A stretch of DNA of 64,000 bases from Desulfurivibrionaceae bacterium (GCA_046537975.1 JBKHJR010000002.1:35695-99694); one strand, 5' to 3'; positions 19,560 to 30,387 are shown, numbered from the stretch's first letter. Notes: generated by a model not told the origin, from the letters alone. Numbers and translations: made by a program.

Positions 19560-20834
19560 TCAGAAATCGAATTCCACGCCCACGGAGGCCATGATTCCGG
19601 CATCTTCCTGATCGTCGGCTACACCGCTGAAGTCCGTGGTGGTGGAGGCCACATCCATGGTTAAGAAGCCGAGGGTCAGCCCCAGGGTCCCGTAAGTATA
19701 CTCCGAACCGGCCAGGTTGCCGCGCAGTCCCAAACGGACATCCGGAACATACCAGGTGCTGGTGGCGTAGCTGGCGGAGATGGTCCACCACTGGGTCTCT
19801 TCGTCGTTGAGGTCGTTGGCTTCTTGCAAGTCCAGGGACCCGGCCAGGGTCCAATTACGGTTCTGACTGAACCACTGGGCGTTCAAGCGGTACTGTGCTT
19901 CCAGTTCAAACTTGTCCTCGATTGCAAAGGCGGTATTGGCGTTGCCGGTGGACTTGTCCTGAACATCAAACTCGGGCGAGTTTAGATTCATACCCACAAG
20001 GCCGATCATGTAGTTCTCGGAGGTCCAGTTTATGCCGATATCAGCGGTGATACCGGACTCGGATGATCCGGAATCAATGTCGTCGATGTAGTCACCGGTA
20101 TCTTTGTCCTTAGCCCCCAGGTTGTCATCGGCGATTTCGCTTAAGTCAATGGCTCTGGCATTGGAGAGCAGGCCGAGATAGCGGGCGGTCACTCCCACCG
20201 AAAGCCGACCATGATTGTTGTCGATTATACTGCGGCCGTAGCCCAGGGCAAACTCATCCAATTCCTTATAGTGGATGGCAATAGCGGCGTCGCCGCTTTC
20301 TAAGCCGATATCTGTCCCCCGGAGTGTTGCAGAGACGTCGTCTTTACGGATAACTTCTCCCTTTGAGGCCCTTTGATGGGTATAGTCAAAGGAGATACCC
20401 CCGCCTAAAACATCATTTTTGATTATCAAGGGCACGGTGGCCCCGCCGATAGCGGAGAAGTTACCTCTGTCGTAGCGCCTTAAAAATTTGTTTACCTCCT
20501 CTTGCAGTAGTTCTGCATCTTCATAATCGTTTCGATCCAGTATAGGCTTGATCTGATCGTCTAAAAAATCCTTGGAGTCTTCCAAGCCGTCGGTTTCTGC
20601 CTGAATCTGTGCTGCGGCCCCCAATCCGTAACGGCTGCCTTCGATATCCGCCGCATTCAGGTCATTGTTGGCCGGATTGGCCAGAGCGCTGTACAGGGAG
20701 TTGGGGTTGGAGCTATCACCATAACCGATGTTGGGGCCGATCGGGGTGTAGCTGGAAGGTGCCGCCAGGGCGGTTCCGGAACAAGCGATGAAGATTAGAG
20801 TTGTCGACAATCCTGCCTGAAGCCTTTTCTGCAT
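19560..20834 (-). CDS. Outer-membrane beta-barrel protein, family uncertain
   Basis: 424 aa. Signal peptide ending ALA-AP, alternating beta-strand patterns, and a C-terminal VGVEFDF with terminal Phe. Confidence 0.6.
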   Translation of the reverse strand: MQKRLQAGLSTTLIFIACSGTALAAPSSYTPIGPNIGYGDSSNPNSLYSALANPANNDLNAADIEGSRYGLGAAAQIQAETDGLEDSKDFLDDQIKPILDRNDYEDAELLQEEVNKFLRRYDRGNFSAIGGATVPLIIKNDVLGGGISFDYTHQRASKGEVIRKDDVSATLRGTDIGLESGDAAIAIHYKELDEFALGYGRSIIDNNHGRLSVGVTARYLGLLSNARAIDLSEIADDNLGAKDKDTGDYIDDIDSGSSESGITADIGINWTSENYMIGLVGMNLNSPEFDVQDKSTGNANTAFAIEDKFELEAQYRLNAQWFSQNRNWTLAGSLDLQEANDLNDEETQWWTISASYATSTWYVPDVRLGLRGNLAGSEYTYGTLGLTLGFLTMDVASTTTDFSGVADDQEDAGIMASVGVEFDF

Positions 20835-20998
20835 ACTGCCCTCCTTGTCTTAGTTTAAGTGCAAATTACAATATCCGCCTCTGTTGCCTCATGGAGAATT
20901 GGTGCTGTGAAACGATATAAAGAGACAGCCGGCCAGCATGATCAATTTTGGATTATTATCATAATTATTACATGATACAAACTTTTATAGAGAGGGGA

Positions 20999-22093
20999 TT
21001 ATAGATCCAGAAAGATGGTGTCCCGGTTGAGTACTTCACAGCCATCCTTTTTTACCACTACCATATTCTCCAGCCTTATGCCTCCCCAGCCTTGGATATA
21101 GATCCCGGGCTCCACTGTCACCACCATGCCCTCCCGGAGTTTTTTCCGGTTCCTTCTGTTGAGGGAAGGGGCTTCGTGGACGGCAAGACCTACTCCGTGG
21201 CCCAGGCCGTGGTTAAAATAATTTCCCATCCCCTCGTCGGCGATCAGGCTGCGGGCGGTCCGGTCCACCTCCCGGGCCGGGATCCCGGCCCGGATGACCT
21301 GGATTGCGGCCTGCTGGGCCCTCCGGACCAGGCGGATACGTTCCGTAGTCTGCCGGTCCGGTTTGCCCAGGATGATGGTGCGGCTCATATCAGAGCAGTA
21401 GCCGTCCAGGATAAGACCCATGTCTATGATTACCGGTTCGCCTTCCCGCAGGGGACGTCCGCCCGGGACGGCATGGGGGGCGGCGCCGCTTGGACCTCCG
21501 GCCACGATGGTGGGAAAGGAAGGCCCCTCCGCCCCCTTAAGCCTCATGGTCCGCTCCAGGTCAAGGGCGACCTCGATCTCGGTCATACCGGGTTCAAGTC
21601 TTTGATATGCCTCCTGGAAGACCTCTTCGTTAAGTCGCACCGAGGCCTTTATCTTCTCCAGTTCCCCGGGCCCCTTGCGGAGTCGCATCCTTTCCACCAG
21701 ATTCTCCAGGGGAGTGATCTCGATGCCTGTACCCGATAATTTGTCTGCCAGTTCAAGATAGGTGGAGTGGAGCAGGGCGCGGCTCTCAAAGGCCAGCTGC
21801 CTGATTTCCTGTTCCTTCAGGAGGTCCCGCAGGGAAGACAGCAGACTGCGGGAATAGATAACGGTACGGAAATCCGGGGCCTCTTTTTCCGCCTCCAGCC
21901 GGAAACGGGGGTCGGTGAGCAGGCAGGGGCCGCCCTCCGCCGGGATCAGCAGCCATCCGGAGGTCTCGGTCAGGGAACCGTCCGGAGGGCTGAAGCCGCT
22001 CAGGTAACGGCGGTTTTCCGGAGAGGCGATAAGGACCGCGTCAAGCCGGCGCTGCTTCAGGCTCTGTTTGATACGGTAATGGCTGGTTTTCAT
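20999..22093 (-). CDS. M24 family Xaa-Pro aminopeptidase/dipeptidase
   Basis: 364 aa. Creatinase-like N-domain plus metal ligand motifs DMGLILDGYCSD, HGLGHGVGLAVHE and VEPGIY. Confidence 0.85.
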   Translation of the reverse strand: MKTSHYRIKQSLKQRRLDAVLIASPENRRYLSGFSPPDGSLTETSGWLLIPAEGGPCLLTDPRFRLEAEKEAPDFRTVIYSRSLLSSLRDLLKEQEIRQLAFESRALLHSTYLELADKLSGTGIEITPLENLVERMRLRKGPGELEKIKASVRLNEEVFQEAYQRLEPGMTEIEVALDLERTMRLKGAEGPSFPTIVAGGPSGAAPHAVPGGRPLREGEPVIIDMGLILDGYCSDMSRTIILGKPDRQTTERIRLVRRAQQAAIQVIRAGIPAREVDRTARSLIADEGMGNYFNHGLGHGVGLAVHEAPSLNRRNRKKLREGMVVTVEPGIYIQGWGGIRLENMVVVKKDGCEVLNRDTIFLDL

Positions 22094-22377
22094 GTTTTTT
22101 CGATCTCAAGGTTTACAGGCAGGTCGTACAGGCGGCTATGCAGTGCCGCCCACGCACTGAGGAGGTCGTGGCTGCCGGACTTCAGGGTAAGAGTGATCCC
22201 GGCTGCCGTACTTTCCGGCAGCTCCTTTTTTTCCATTCCGATCTGGTATTGACAGCCCCAGTCCCAAACAATCTCCAGAATCCGGGGCCACCTGGGTCTT
22301 ACCCGGGGGTGGTCAGGGCTTAGAGACAGCAGAAAAGTACTGGAATTTCCTTTGCTTGTGTAAGACAGGTCTTGCAT
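22090..22377 (-). CDS. Hypothetical 95-aa protein, translationally coupled to the M24 peptidase gene
   Basis: Its stop overlaps the downstream start (ATGA at 22093-22090). There is a weak resemblance to a PilZ-type barrel (HPRVRPRW ... STAAGITLTL), but this is not a secure assignment. Confidence 0.45.
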   Translation of the reverse strand: MQDLSYTSKGNSSTFLLSLSPDHPRVRPRWPRILEIVWDWGCQYQIGMEKKELPESTAAGITLTLKSGSHDLLSAWAALHSRLYDLPVNLEIEKT

Positions 22378-22535
22378 TATGAGCGATTTTAGGATATTAC
22401 AAATTAGCTGCTCTTCAGAAGAATTTGTAAAACTTCCTTTTTATCATAAGGCGGTCTTTTCGTCGAGCAGGTCTTGTTGGTAATGGCGGTTTTTTACTGT
22501 TTTTTTAAATTAAGGCAAATATATTGTTGCGCCTT

Positions 22536-22554
22536 CTACCACAATGTGGTAGAC
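22536..22554. promoter_or_regulatory. Perfect 8-bp-arm palindrome, candidate operator upstream of the porin gene
   Basis: TCTACCAC-AAT-GTGGTAGA read directly, about 290 nt upstream of the porin ATG. Confidence 0.35.
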
Positions 22555-22844
22555 AAGAAGTGCTGGTGCTTAACCGAACCCGGATTATCCCCGGCCTTTT
22601 TCTGGGAGAGCAGGTATCAGGCTGGTGATTTTTGGAATATTTCATGGAGGTAAATCCTGTCGTCCCTGTGGTTAGGGGGGGGATCTTAATAACCTGAAAA
22701 AAAGAAAAAGGAGGATGAAAAACAAGCAGATTTTTTACATTTACATTACGGGATTAAAAGCTCTAAAACCTGGTGGCGTTTGTCGCGGCACTTTTGGAAC
22801 TGTTTTTTATTATAGCAACTATTAAAAAGAAGGAGGAGAAAGAG

Positions 22845-23867
22845 ATGAAAAAGACAATGATTGGTGCTTCGGTAGCAGCAGCCTGCCTGCTGCCCCTCAC
22901 TGCTGCAGCAGGAACCACCCTGTATGGAGAGTTAAGTTATTCCTTCAACTCTGTGGATGAAGACAGGGAATTTAATCCGGACGGCTCGACCGGTCAGGAC
23001 GGTTTAAGCGGTAATGATAATGTTTCTCTCTTCGGTCTGAAAGGCTCTTACGGAGATGATATCAAGGCCTTTTTCCACCTGCAGACCGGGGCCAAAGCCG
23101 ATCCCGGGGGAGCCTTTGATCAGCGTTTCTTTTTCGGAGGCCTGGAAGGCGATTTCGGTAAAGTTGCTTACGGCCGGATGACCAACGCCTATAAGTTCCC
23201 CGGATTCAAGATGGATCCCTTCTACAATCTCAGTCACATAGGTGCGGGAGGCGGTTTTGCTGCCGGAGCGGGAACTTACGGCCTGTCCCCGGCCACCGAC
23301 GGCTTCACCGATAATGCGCTCCAGTATACAACCCCCAGTCTGGCCGGGTTCAAGCTATTAGGCGGTGTCTACGTTGATGACAGCAATGAAGACGATCACG
23401 GCTATTCCGCCGGTATCTCCTACGACGGGGTGGAGGGACTTAACGTCGGGGCTGTTTTTGCCTCCAACGACGACACCGGAACTATCCCCAACATTGCCGC
23501 AGACGGTGACGCCCTTCGCGGTTATGCCAACTATGAGGTGGATATCTTTACCTTCGGCCTCTCTTACGAGAATGTGGATCTGGCTGCTGCTGATACCGAT
23601 GCCAACTACTTGTATGCCACCGGTACCGTGGCCATCCCCAATGCCAACACCGATATTTCCCTCTCCATCGGTAATGTGGATGACGGGCCGGCTGAAGGCT
23701 TAGGCTTTACAGCAGGCGCTTTTTATAACATTACTGAAAATACCGACATCCATGCCATTTACAGCCTGGCCTCCCTGGATGCGGATGACCAGTACCCTGC
23801 CTCTGATTCCGAACCGGAGGTTATCTCCCTCGGTTTCACCCATAAGTTCAGCCTGAGTTCCAACTAA
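22845..23867 (+). CDS. Gram-negative porin (Porin_4-like)
   Basis: I start it at ATG 22845, behind AGGAGGAG (22831-22838). Signal peptide MKKTMIGASVAAACLLPLTAAAG, then TLYGELSYSF, and Gly/Asp/Tyr-rich beta-strand repeats. The track ORF (22773) adds 24 unlikely residues. Confidence 0.75.
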   Translation: MKKTMIGASVAAACLLPLTAAAGTTLYGELSYSFNSVDEDREFNPDGSTGQDGLSGNDNVSLFGLKGSYGDDIKAFFHLQTGAKADPGGAFDQRFFFGGLEGDFGKVAYGRMTNAYKFPGFKMDPFYNLSHIGAGGGFAAGAGTYGLSPATDGFTDNALQYTTPSLAGFKLLGGVYVDDSNEDDHGYSAGISYDGVEGLNVGAVFASNDDTGTIPNIAADGDALRGYANYEVDIFTFGLSYENVDLAAADTDANYLYATGTVAIPNANTDISLSIGNVDDGPAEGLGFTAGAFYNITENTDIHAIYSLASLDADDQYPASDSEPEVISLGFTHKFSLSSN

Positions 23868-23881
23868 GATAATCCCGTATA

Positions 23882-23936
23882 AAGAAAAAGCCGGTCTCTG
23901 CTGCTTGACAGCAATTGGTAGAGACCGGCTTTTCTC
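23882..23936. terminator. Bidirectional intrinsic terminator between convergent genes
   Basis: 11-bp stem AGCCGGTCTCT / AGAGACCGGCT flanked by an A-tract (AAAGAAAAA) and a T-tract (TTTTCTCC). Confidence 0.8.
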
Positions 23937-23959
23937 CTTGCAAAGCGTAAGGGCGGCTG

Positions 23960-24658
23960 TTATCTGCCGAGTTTTTCCAGGTTATCGATAACCCGCTTTA
24001 CAGGCACTCCTTCCCGGATTGGAATTATGAGCTGATCACCATCCTCCTGCACCGTTTCCGTGACCAACTCCCGTTCTTTTTCCGGCAGTTCTTCCAGGCC
24101 GCCTATGATTTGGCGGCTGATCTCACCTTCGACTTTAACCCTCTCGTCCCCGAAAAACAGGTACTCCTTTTCCGAGCTCAACACTTTCATACCTCGTAAA
24201 TCAATGGTGTAAAGTATCTCAGGGCAGACCTTTCCCTTAAAACCAAACAGATCTTCTTCCCCGTACTCCAGGCATCTTTCCCGGGTATATTTTAAATAAT
24301 CTCCGGTTATATCAATATCGTAGCCGTCTATCGATTCGGCCAGGAATTTTTCAGGGGTGCCGGGATACCCGCTTTTTGACTGCGGCCGGGTTTTGGTTGG
24401 GGTTTCAGATGACTGATCAGGGCTGAGAGGGTCATCCGTTGTAACTTCGGTTTTGCTCCCGTTGTCTTGCCGGATAGGCTCTTTCTCCTGCACCGGCCCC
24501 CTGCAGATATCGGCAATCTGTTCATGGGTAAAGCCCTTTTCCAGATAATAGTCCACATCACTTCGGCTGCAGGCGCCTTGGGACTGTCCCGGGAAAACCG
24601 GGAGGAGGAGGCAGCCGGCCAGCAGCAGTGCGGATTTTTTAAGTTTTTTATTTTTCAT
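23960..24658 (-). CDS. Lipoprotein, function unknown
   Basis: 232 aa with the lipobox LLLAGC after a basic N-terminus. No recognisable catalytic motif. Confidence 0.55.
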   Translation of the reverse strand: MKNKKLKKSALLLAGCLLLPVFPGQSQGACSRSDVDYYLEKGFTHEQIADICRGPVQEKEPIRQDNGSKTEVTTDDPLSPDQSSETPTKTRPQSKSGYPGTPEKFLAESIDGYDIDITGDYLKYTRERCLEYGEEDLFGFKGKVCPEILYTIDLRGMKVLSSEKEYLFFGDERVKVEGEISRQIIGGLEELPEKERELVTETVQEDGDQLIIPIREGVPVKRVIDNLEKLGR

Positions 24659-24822
24659 TGTATCATCCCATCTCTTTTATTCTGTTCATGAAAATAAGTA
24701 TTAAATTATCGGATAACCCACCTGGAATCCCTCTGTCAAGATCAATTTAAGCCGGGGTTACGGCAGCAAGCCTGCAAATGACGGGAAATACCGGGTGAAG
24801 GCCGCCTCGGGGGCAGGTATGC

Positions 24823-25776
24823 TCAGGAGCATCCCTCAAGCAGGAGAAGATAGCCGATATAGCCCGCCAGCATAAGCACGCCGTGCCAGCGGCTTATTTT
24901 CAATTGAAAATAGAGCGCCGCCATAATGAAAACAGGGAAGGCCAGCATCGCCGGGATATCCCGGCCTAATACATCCGGGGAAATAGTAAAGGGTTTTACC
25001 GCACCCGAGATTCCCAGCACCATTAACAAGTTGAAGATGTTGCTGCCGATTATGTTGCCCAGGATCATGTCGACATGCCCCCGGCGGATGGCGGATATGG
25101 AAGAGGCCAGTTCCGGAAGCGAGGTTCCCAGGGCTGCCATGGTCAGGCCGATTATCAGAGCGGGAACCTCCAGGTAAAGGGCCATATCCACCGCCCCCTT
25201 GATAAAGAGATCCGAGCCCAGGCTAAGGCCGATCAGGCCGGCGCCGCAGAGCAGCAGGCTGGAGAGGAGGGGATCCGTCCCCGGGCCGTCCATCTCCTGT
25301 TCCGGCTGTGTCCTGCCTTTCCGCCAGGACAGCCAGCAGAAAAAGACCAGCCCTCCCATAAATACAAGGCCTGTTATTCTGTTGAAATGGCCCTGCCAGG
25401 CAAACAGGGCCAGGAGAATGGTGGCTCCCAGAACCCAGGAAAGTTCCCAGATATAATAGGAATGGTGGCTGAAAATCGGCCGGATCAGGGCGGAGATGGC
25501 CAGGATCAGGCCGATATTGGCGATATTGCTGCCAATCACGTTTCCCAGCATGAGATCAGGTTCACCCTGGAGGTTGGCTGAGAGGCTGACAAAAAGTTCC
25601 GGGGCGGAGGTGCCGAAGGCTATAATGGTCAGGCCCACCAGCAGGGAGGTCATACCCCAGCGCCGGGCCAGTTTGACTGCCCCGGAGATCAGGAGCTCCC
25701 CCCCTGATATCAGGATAACAAGTCCGGCGATAAAGGCGGTTATGGAACCGGGTATAGAGGAGAAATGGGTTTCCAT
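24823..25776 (-). CDS. Ca2+/Na+ antiporter (CaCA family, YrbG-like)
   Basis: 317 aa. Two alpha-repeat signatures GNVIGSNIANIGL and GNIIGSNIFNLL, with about 10 TM segments. Confidence 0.85.
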   Translation of the reverse strand: METHFSSIPGSITAFIAGLVILISGGELLISGAVKLARRWGMTSLLVGLTIIAFGTSAPELFVSLSANLQGEPDLMLGNVIGSNIANIGLILAISALIRPIFSHHSYYIWELSWVLGATILLALFAWQGHFNRITGLVFMGGLVFFCWLSWRKGRTQPEQEMDGPGTDPLLSSLLLCGAGLIGLSLGSDLFIKGAVDMALYLEVPALIIGLTMAALGTSLPELASSISAIRRGHVDMILGNIIGSNIFNLLMVLGISGAVKPFTISPDVLGRDIPAMLAFPVFIMAALYFQLKISRWHGVLMLAGYIGYLLLLEGCS

Positions 25777-25938
25777 TTTACGGCTCCGGCTTATGAATTA
25801 GGGTTTGATCTCTAAATGTAAGAGGTTGAATTTTTTTTTTAAAATCTCTTGAAAGAAAATGATAAGCAATTTAATTTATACTTAGACTGAACCCTGAGCT
25901 CAAAAACACTCCTCTTCAATCCGGGATATATTAATTTA

Positions 25939-27708
25939 ATGGCAGTCTTCTCTGAGAGTTCCGTTCAGCTTGTTAAAGAAGCGGCTGATATCGTCGATGT
26001 TATCGGCGAATATGTCCAGCTTCGTAAAAAAGGGACCAACTACCAAGGGCTCTGTCCTTTCCACAGCGAGAAGACCCCCTCCTTTTCGGTTAATCCGACC
26101 CGCCAATTTTATCATTGTTTCGGCTGTAAGGAAAGCGGAGATGTATTTTCATTTTTTATGAAATACAACAACCTCGGCTTTCAGGAATCCCTGGAGGCCC
26201 TGGCCGACCGCTATGGGATCACTCTTTCCCCCAATGACCTGACCCGGGAGGAGAAGGAGAGGCTGCAGCAGAAGGACTCCCTTTTCCGGATCAACAGCGA
26301 GGCCGCCCGTCTCTACCATGACTTTCTGGTTAAAAGCCCGGCTGCCGCCCAGGCCAGGGAATACCTGGAAAAAAGGGGGCTGAGCTCCGCCACCATAGCC
26401 AGGTATCAATTAGGTTATGCCCCTCCCCGCTGGGATTTTTTCAAGAAAAGTCTTTCCAGCCTCGACCTGTCCCTGGAAACGGCAATAAAGGCAGGCCTGA
26501 TCGCCCGCAATGACCGAGGCAGGACCTATGACCGCTTCCGGGACCGGATCATGTTCCCCATTTTTGCCATGGACGGCCGGGTTGCCGGATTCGGCGGCCG
26601 GGTAACCGGGGATGGTGAACCCAAGTACCTCAACTCTCCGGAAACGGAGGTGTTTAGTAAAAGCCGTCTGCTTTACGGCCTTTATCAAAACAGCGACGCG
26701 GTTCGTAAAGCGGGCCGGTGTCTTGTGGTGGAAGGCAATTTCGACCTCCTGGGCCTTGCTGAGCAGGGACTGGATTATGTGGCAGCCCCTCTGGGAACCG
26801 CTTTGACCCGCCGGCATGTTCAGGCTGTCAAGCGATATACCGGGGAGGCGGTTCTTCTTTTCGATGGAGATGAAGCCGGCCGCAAAGCGGCCATGAACTC
26901 CATTCCTCTGTTTCTAACCGAGAGATTGCCGGCCAGGGTAGTTCCCCTGCCCCGGGATGAGGATCCCGACACCTTTATAAAACGTGCCGGCAAAGAGGAA
27001 CTGGAAAAGAGGATCGACAATGCCTCTTCCCTGCCCGAGTTTGTCTTTAACTCCCTGGTTGAGCAGTACGGCCTGAGCCTGGAAGGCAAAAACAGGATCA
27101 TCGAAGAACTGGCACCCATGGTTAAGGCCGTAGACAACAATCAACTCCAGCAGTCCCTTTTTATCTCTCATTTTAGCGATAAGTTAGCCATAAGTCCGGC
27201 GGAAATGGAGGACAAACTGTTTAAAGACAACCATCCCCATCCCCTTCCGGCCAAAAGCAAAGCCCCGGACTGTCAGCTGCCTGTCCAGGAAAGGCAGCTG
27301 CTGGAATTTCTCCTGGTCTACCCTGATGTGCTGCCCCGTATGCTGGGGGCGGGCATGACGCGGGTCTGCTGCCACCGGGTCTTTCTGGATATCGTCGGCA
27401 AGATGGAGGAGATAGGTTTTGAGTCTGCCGGTTCTCCGGAAATGCTTTTAGACGTTCTGGAGGGACAGGCCCGTTCCCTGATATCGGCCCTTCTGATGAC
27501 CGCTCCTTTCTACCCCGAGGATTCCAAGGAGATAATGGTTCAGGAAATGGAACAGTGGCTGCAGGGGAAAATCAGGCAGCAGCGGAAGAGCGAACTGGTT
27601 ACCCGGATAAGCGAGGCACAGCAAAAAGGCGATGATGATCTTCTTCTTCACCTTCTCGAGGAAAAGAAGAAGATTGATGAAAATGGTGCTGAAATTACGG
27701 CATCTTAG
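25939..27708 (+). CDS. dnaG: DNA primase
   Basis: 589 aa. Zinc-binding CPFHSEKTPSFSV...CFGC, the RNA-polymerase domain and Toprim VVEGNFDLL...DGDEAG. Confidence 0.95.
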   Translation: MAVFSESSVQLVKEAADIVDVIGEYVQLRKKGTNYQGLCPFHSEKTPSFSVNPTRQFYHCFGCKESGDVFSFFMKYNNLGFQESLEALADRYGITLSPNDLTREEKERLQQKDSLFRINSEAARLYHDFLVKSPAAAQAREYLEKRGLSSATIARYQLGYAPPRWDFFKKSLSSLDLSLETAIKAGLIARNDRGRTYDRFRDRIMFPIFAMDGRVAGFGGRVTGDGEPKYLNSPETEVFSKSRLLYGLYQNSDAVRKAGRCLVVEGNFDLLGLAEQGLDYVAAPLGTALTRRHVQAVKRYTGEAVLLFDGDEAGRKAAMNSIPLFLTERLPARVVPLPRDEDPDTFIKRAGKEELEKRIDNASSLPEFVFNSLVEQYGLSLEGKNRIIEELAPMVKAVDNNQLQQSLFISHFSDKLAISPAEMEDKLFKDNHPHPLPAKSKAPDCQLPVQERQLLEFLLVYPDVLPRMLGAGMTRVCCHRVFLDIVGKMEEIGFESAGSPEMLLDVLEGQARSLISALLMTAPFYPEDSKEIMVQEMEQWLQGKIRQQRKSELVTRISEAQQKGDDDLLLHLLEEKKKIDENGAEITAS

Positions 27709-27752
27709 TCTTTATGCCCTTTCTTTTAGGTATTCTGGACCGTCCCTGAAAA

Positions 27753-29288
27753 GTGAGTGGGCGGAAGCTTAACAAAGGATATGATAAGCATATGAAAAAC
27801 TTAGATGAAGAGTTTGAAGAGCAGGTCCCGATTGAGGAAGAGGCCGCCGGCGATGTTGTCGGAGAGGAGGATGGCTCCGTTAATGAGGAGCATAGCTCCA
27901 TCAATCCTGTGGCTGATTCCGCTAATGAAGCCAACCCCATGCTTACCTATTTACAGGAGATGGGGAGGATTTCCCTTCTGTCTTCAAAAGAGGAAGTCGA
28001 GCTGGCCAAGCAAATGGAGGAGGGGCATCAGCAGTTGCAGAATGCGGTGCTGGCTGTTCCCGTCTCCATTAAAAAACTGGGTGCGATTGCGGAACAGCTT
28101 GAAAACGGGGAATGCCGGATAACCAGCCTGCTGCACGGACTGGACAAGACGGATCAGGAAGGCAACGAAGAGATAAAAGCCCGGTTTGTGAACAATGTCA
28201 GGGAGGCGGAACGTATAAACCGGGAAAGAGCCGCCTTTCAGAAAGATCTGAATCAGCCTTCCACCACCAAGGATTCTGCGGTCATGGCTATTGTCCGCAT
28301 TGAACGCAGTACCCATTCCATAGTCTCCTTGTTCCGGGAGATGATGCTCAGCCGCAAGTATCTTGATGATATGGCTGCTGAAATAAAAGCAATAGGCCGC
28401 AAGTTTGAGGCGGCCGGAGAACATCAGAGCAAAGACCGGGACCTCGCGGGAGATGGAGAAAAAAGGGATGCCCTGTCTGAACTGGAACAGGCTCACCAGA
28501 TTGACCGGGAAAACCTGGAAAATATTATTGCAACCATTGAAAGGGGTGAAGCCATTGCCAGTGAAGCCAAGAATAAACTGATACAGGCCAATCTCAGGCT
28601 TGTGGTTAGTATGGCCAAAAAGTATACGAACAGAGGGCTCAGCCTGCTCGACCTGATCCAGGAAGGCAACATCGGCCTGATGAGGGCGGTGGAGAAGTTT
28701 GAATACAGGCGGGGCTTTAAGTTCAGTACTTACGCCACCTGGTGGATAAGGCAGGCGATTAACCGGGCTTTGGCTGACCAGGGCAGGACTATTCGCATGC
28801 CGGTTCATATGGTGGACACGATCAATCAGCTGATAAGGCACTCCAAAGAATTCGCCCGGGACTACGGCCGGGATCCCTCCCTGGAGGAACTGGCCGGGAT
28901 GCTTGATCTTGATCCGGCCAAGGTTCAGAATATTCTTACGGTCGCCAAGGATCCGGTCTCTCTCAATGTCCCCATCAAGAGTGATGAAAGCAGTTTCCTG
29001 GGCGATCTGCTTGTGGATGAGGACTCGCCTTCCCCTCCGGAAATTTCGGAGAAAGAGGCTTTGCGGGCCGGCATCAGGGAGGTTCTGAGTCTGCTGGATC
29101 CCAGGGAAGAAAGTATTCTTAAACAGCGTTTCGGCCTTGAAACCAACCAGGATCTTACTTTGGCTGAAGTAGGCAAGAATTTTTCGGTTACCAGGGAGCG
29201 GATCCGTCAGATAGAGGTTAAGGCGATTCAGAAGCTCAGACATCCCAACCGGAAAAAGCAGCTGGAGAGTTTCGCAGAGGATGAGTGA
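27753..29288 (+). CDS. rpoD: RNA polymerase sigma factor RpoD (sigma-70); the start may be ATG 27792
   Basis: Region 2 ([10 protein letters not shown]), region 3, region 4 (TRERIRQIE) and an acidic N-terminal region 1. It follows dnaG, as in the classical MMS operon. Confidence 0.95.
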   Translation: MSGRKLNKGYDKHMKNLDEEFEEQVPIEEEAAGDVVGEEDGSVNEEHSSINPVADSANEANPMLTYLQEMGRISLLSSKEEVELAKQMEEGHQQLQNAVLAVPVSIKKLGAIAEQLENGECRITSLLHGLDKTDQEGNEEIKARFVNNVREAERINRERAAFQKDLNQPSTTKDSAVMAIVRIERSTHSIVSLFREMMLSRKYLDDMAAEIKAIGRKFEAAGEHQSKDRDLAGDGEKRDALSELEQAHQIDRENLENIIATIERGEAIASEAKNKLIQANLRLVVSMAKKYTNRGLSLLDLIQEGNIGLMRAVEKFEYRRGFKFSTYATWWIRQAINRALADQGRTIRMPVHMVDTINQLIRHSKEFARDYGRDPSLEELAGMLDLDPAKVQNILTVAKDPVSLNVPIKSDESSFLGDLLVDEDSPSPPEISEKEALRAGIREVLSLLDPREESILKQRFGLETNQDLTLAEVGKNFSVTRERIRQIEVKAIQKLRHPNRKKQLESFAEDE

Positions 29289-30387
29289 GCTGATAGACTG
29301 GTTACGTCTGTATCTTACACCAGGTCTCGGTATCCGCAGCTGGCAGAAGCTGCTCAGCGCTTTTGATGGGCCCCGGGAGATCCTGGAGGTCTCCCGGGAC
29401 GAGTTAAGGCGCCTGGCCCCGGGAATTAACAGGGAGGTCCTTGAAGCCGTTCAGGGGCAGGAGCAGCGGGCGGCTGCGGAAGTCGAGCTGGACAAGGCTC
29501 TCAGGGCCGGAATAAGAATAATCACCATAAAGGATTCCCTTTACCCTGAATATCTCCGCCACATCTTTGATCCACCCCCGGTTCTTTATCTCAAAGGCAA
29601 TCCCGATCTCTTAAACAGCAGGTGCATAGGGGTGGTGGGAGCCCGGTCCGCTACTGTTTACGGCCAGAGAGTGGCGGCTGACCTGGCCAGACGCCTGTCC
29701 CTCCAGGATTTCACCATAGTCAGCGGCATGGCTCTGGGCGTAGATGCTTCCGCCCATGAAGGAGCCCTGAAGGGGTCCGGAAAGACAGTGGCGGTACTGG
29801 GCAGCGGCCTTGATGTGGTCTATCCCCGGCAGAATCAACACCTCTATGACAGAATTGCCGAACAGGGAGCGGTTATCAGCGAGTGCCCTTTGGGGTCTCA
29901 ACCGGAACCTTTCCGTTTTCCGGCCCGGAACCGGCTGATTAGCGGCATCTCCCTCGGGGTAATGGTTGTGGAGGCGGCCCGCAGGTCTGGTTCGCTGATA
30001 ACCGCCAGGTGTGCCATGGAACAGGGAAGAGAGGTGTTTGCCACTCCCGGAAGAATTGATTCCCGGAACAGTGAAGGGGCCCACCGCCTGGTAAAAGAGG
30101 GGGCCAAGCTTGTTCATACCGTGGAAGACATCACGGAGGAATTCTCTCCTGCTGAAGGCGTGACCGCCGGGCGGGAACCAGGGCAGGAAGAAAGTCCGCC
30201 TCCCTCTTTAACCAGAGAGGAGGAGAATCTCCTCCCCTTTCTCGACCTCTATCCCCAGAGTTTTGATGAGATTCTGACCAGAACAGGTTTGAGCGCCGCC
30301 AAGCTCAATGAACTCCTCTGCCTTTTAGAATTAAAAGAAATAGTTGAAATTTTACCCGGGAAAATGATACAAAGGCTGTCTGTCTGA
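29281..30387 (+). CDS. dprA: DNA-processing protein DprA (Smf)
   Basis: 368 aa. It has the Rossmann-like core with GSGLDVVYP and a C-terminal winged-helix. The start overlaps the rpoD stop by 8 nt. Confidence 0.9.
   Translation: MSELIDWLRLYLTPGLGIRSWQKLLSAFDGPREILEVSRDELRRLAPGINREVLEAVQGQEQRAAAEVELDKALRAGIRIITIKDSLYPEYLRHIFDPPPVLYLKGNPDLLNSRCIGVVGARSATVYGQRVAADLARRLSLQDFTIVSGMALGVDASAHEGALKGSGKTVAVLGSGLDVVYPRQNQHLYDRIAEQGAVISECPLGSQPEPFRFPARNRLISGISLGVMVVEAARRSGSLITARCAMEQGREVFATPGRIDSRNSEGAHRLVKEGAKLVHTVEDITEEFSPAEGVTAGREPGQEESPPPSLTREEENLLPFLDLYPQSFDEILTRTGLSAAKLNELLCLLELKEIVEILPGKMIQRLSV

Noticed and set aside
22715-22822. 35-codon upstream ORF (MKNKQIFYIYITGLKALKPGGVCRGTFGTVFYYSNY) in the porin leader behind AAAAAGGAGG.
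   Set aside because: The SD abuts the ATG with zero spacing, which is unfavourable for initiation. The peptide has no recognisable features, so I treat it as a chance ORF in an A/T-rich leader.
27753-27791. 13-codon N-terminal extension of rpoD from a GTG start.
   Set aside because: No SD precedes the GTG, and ATG 27792 gives a typical acidic RpoD N-terminus. I keep the track coordinates but regard the extension as doubtful.
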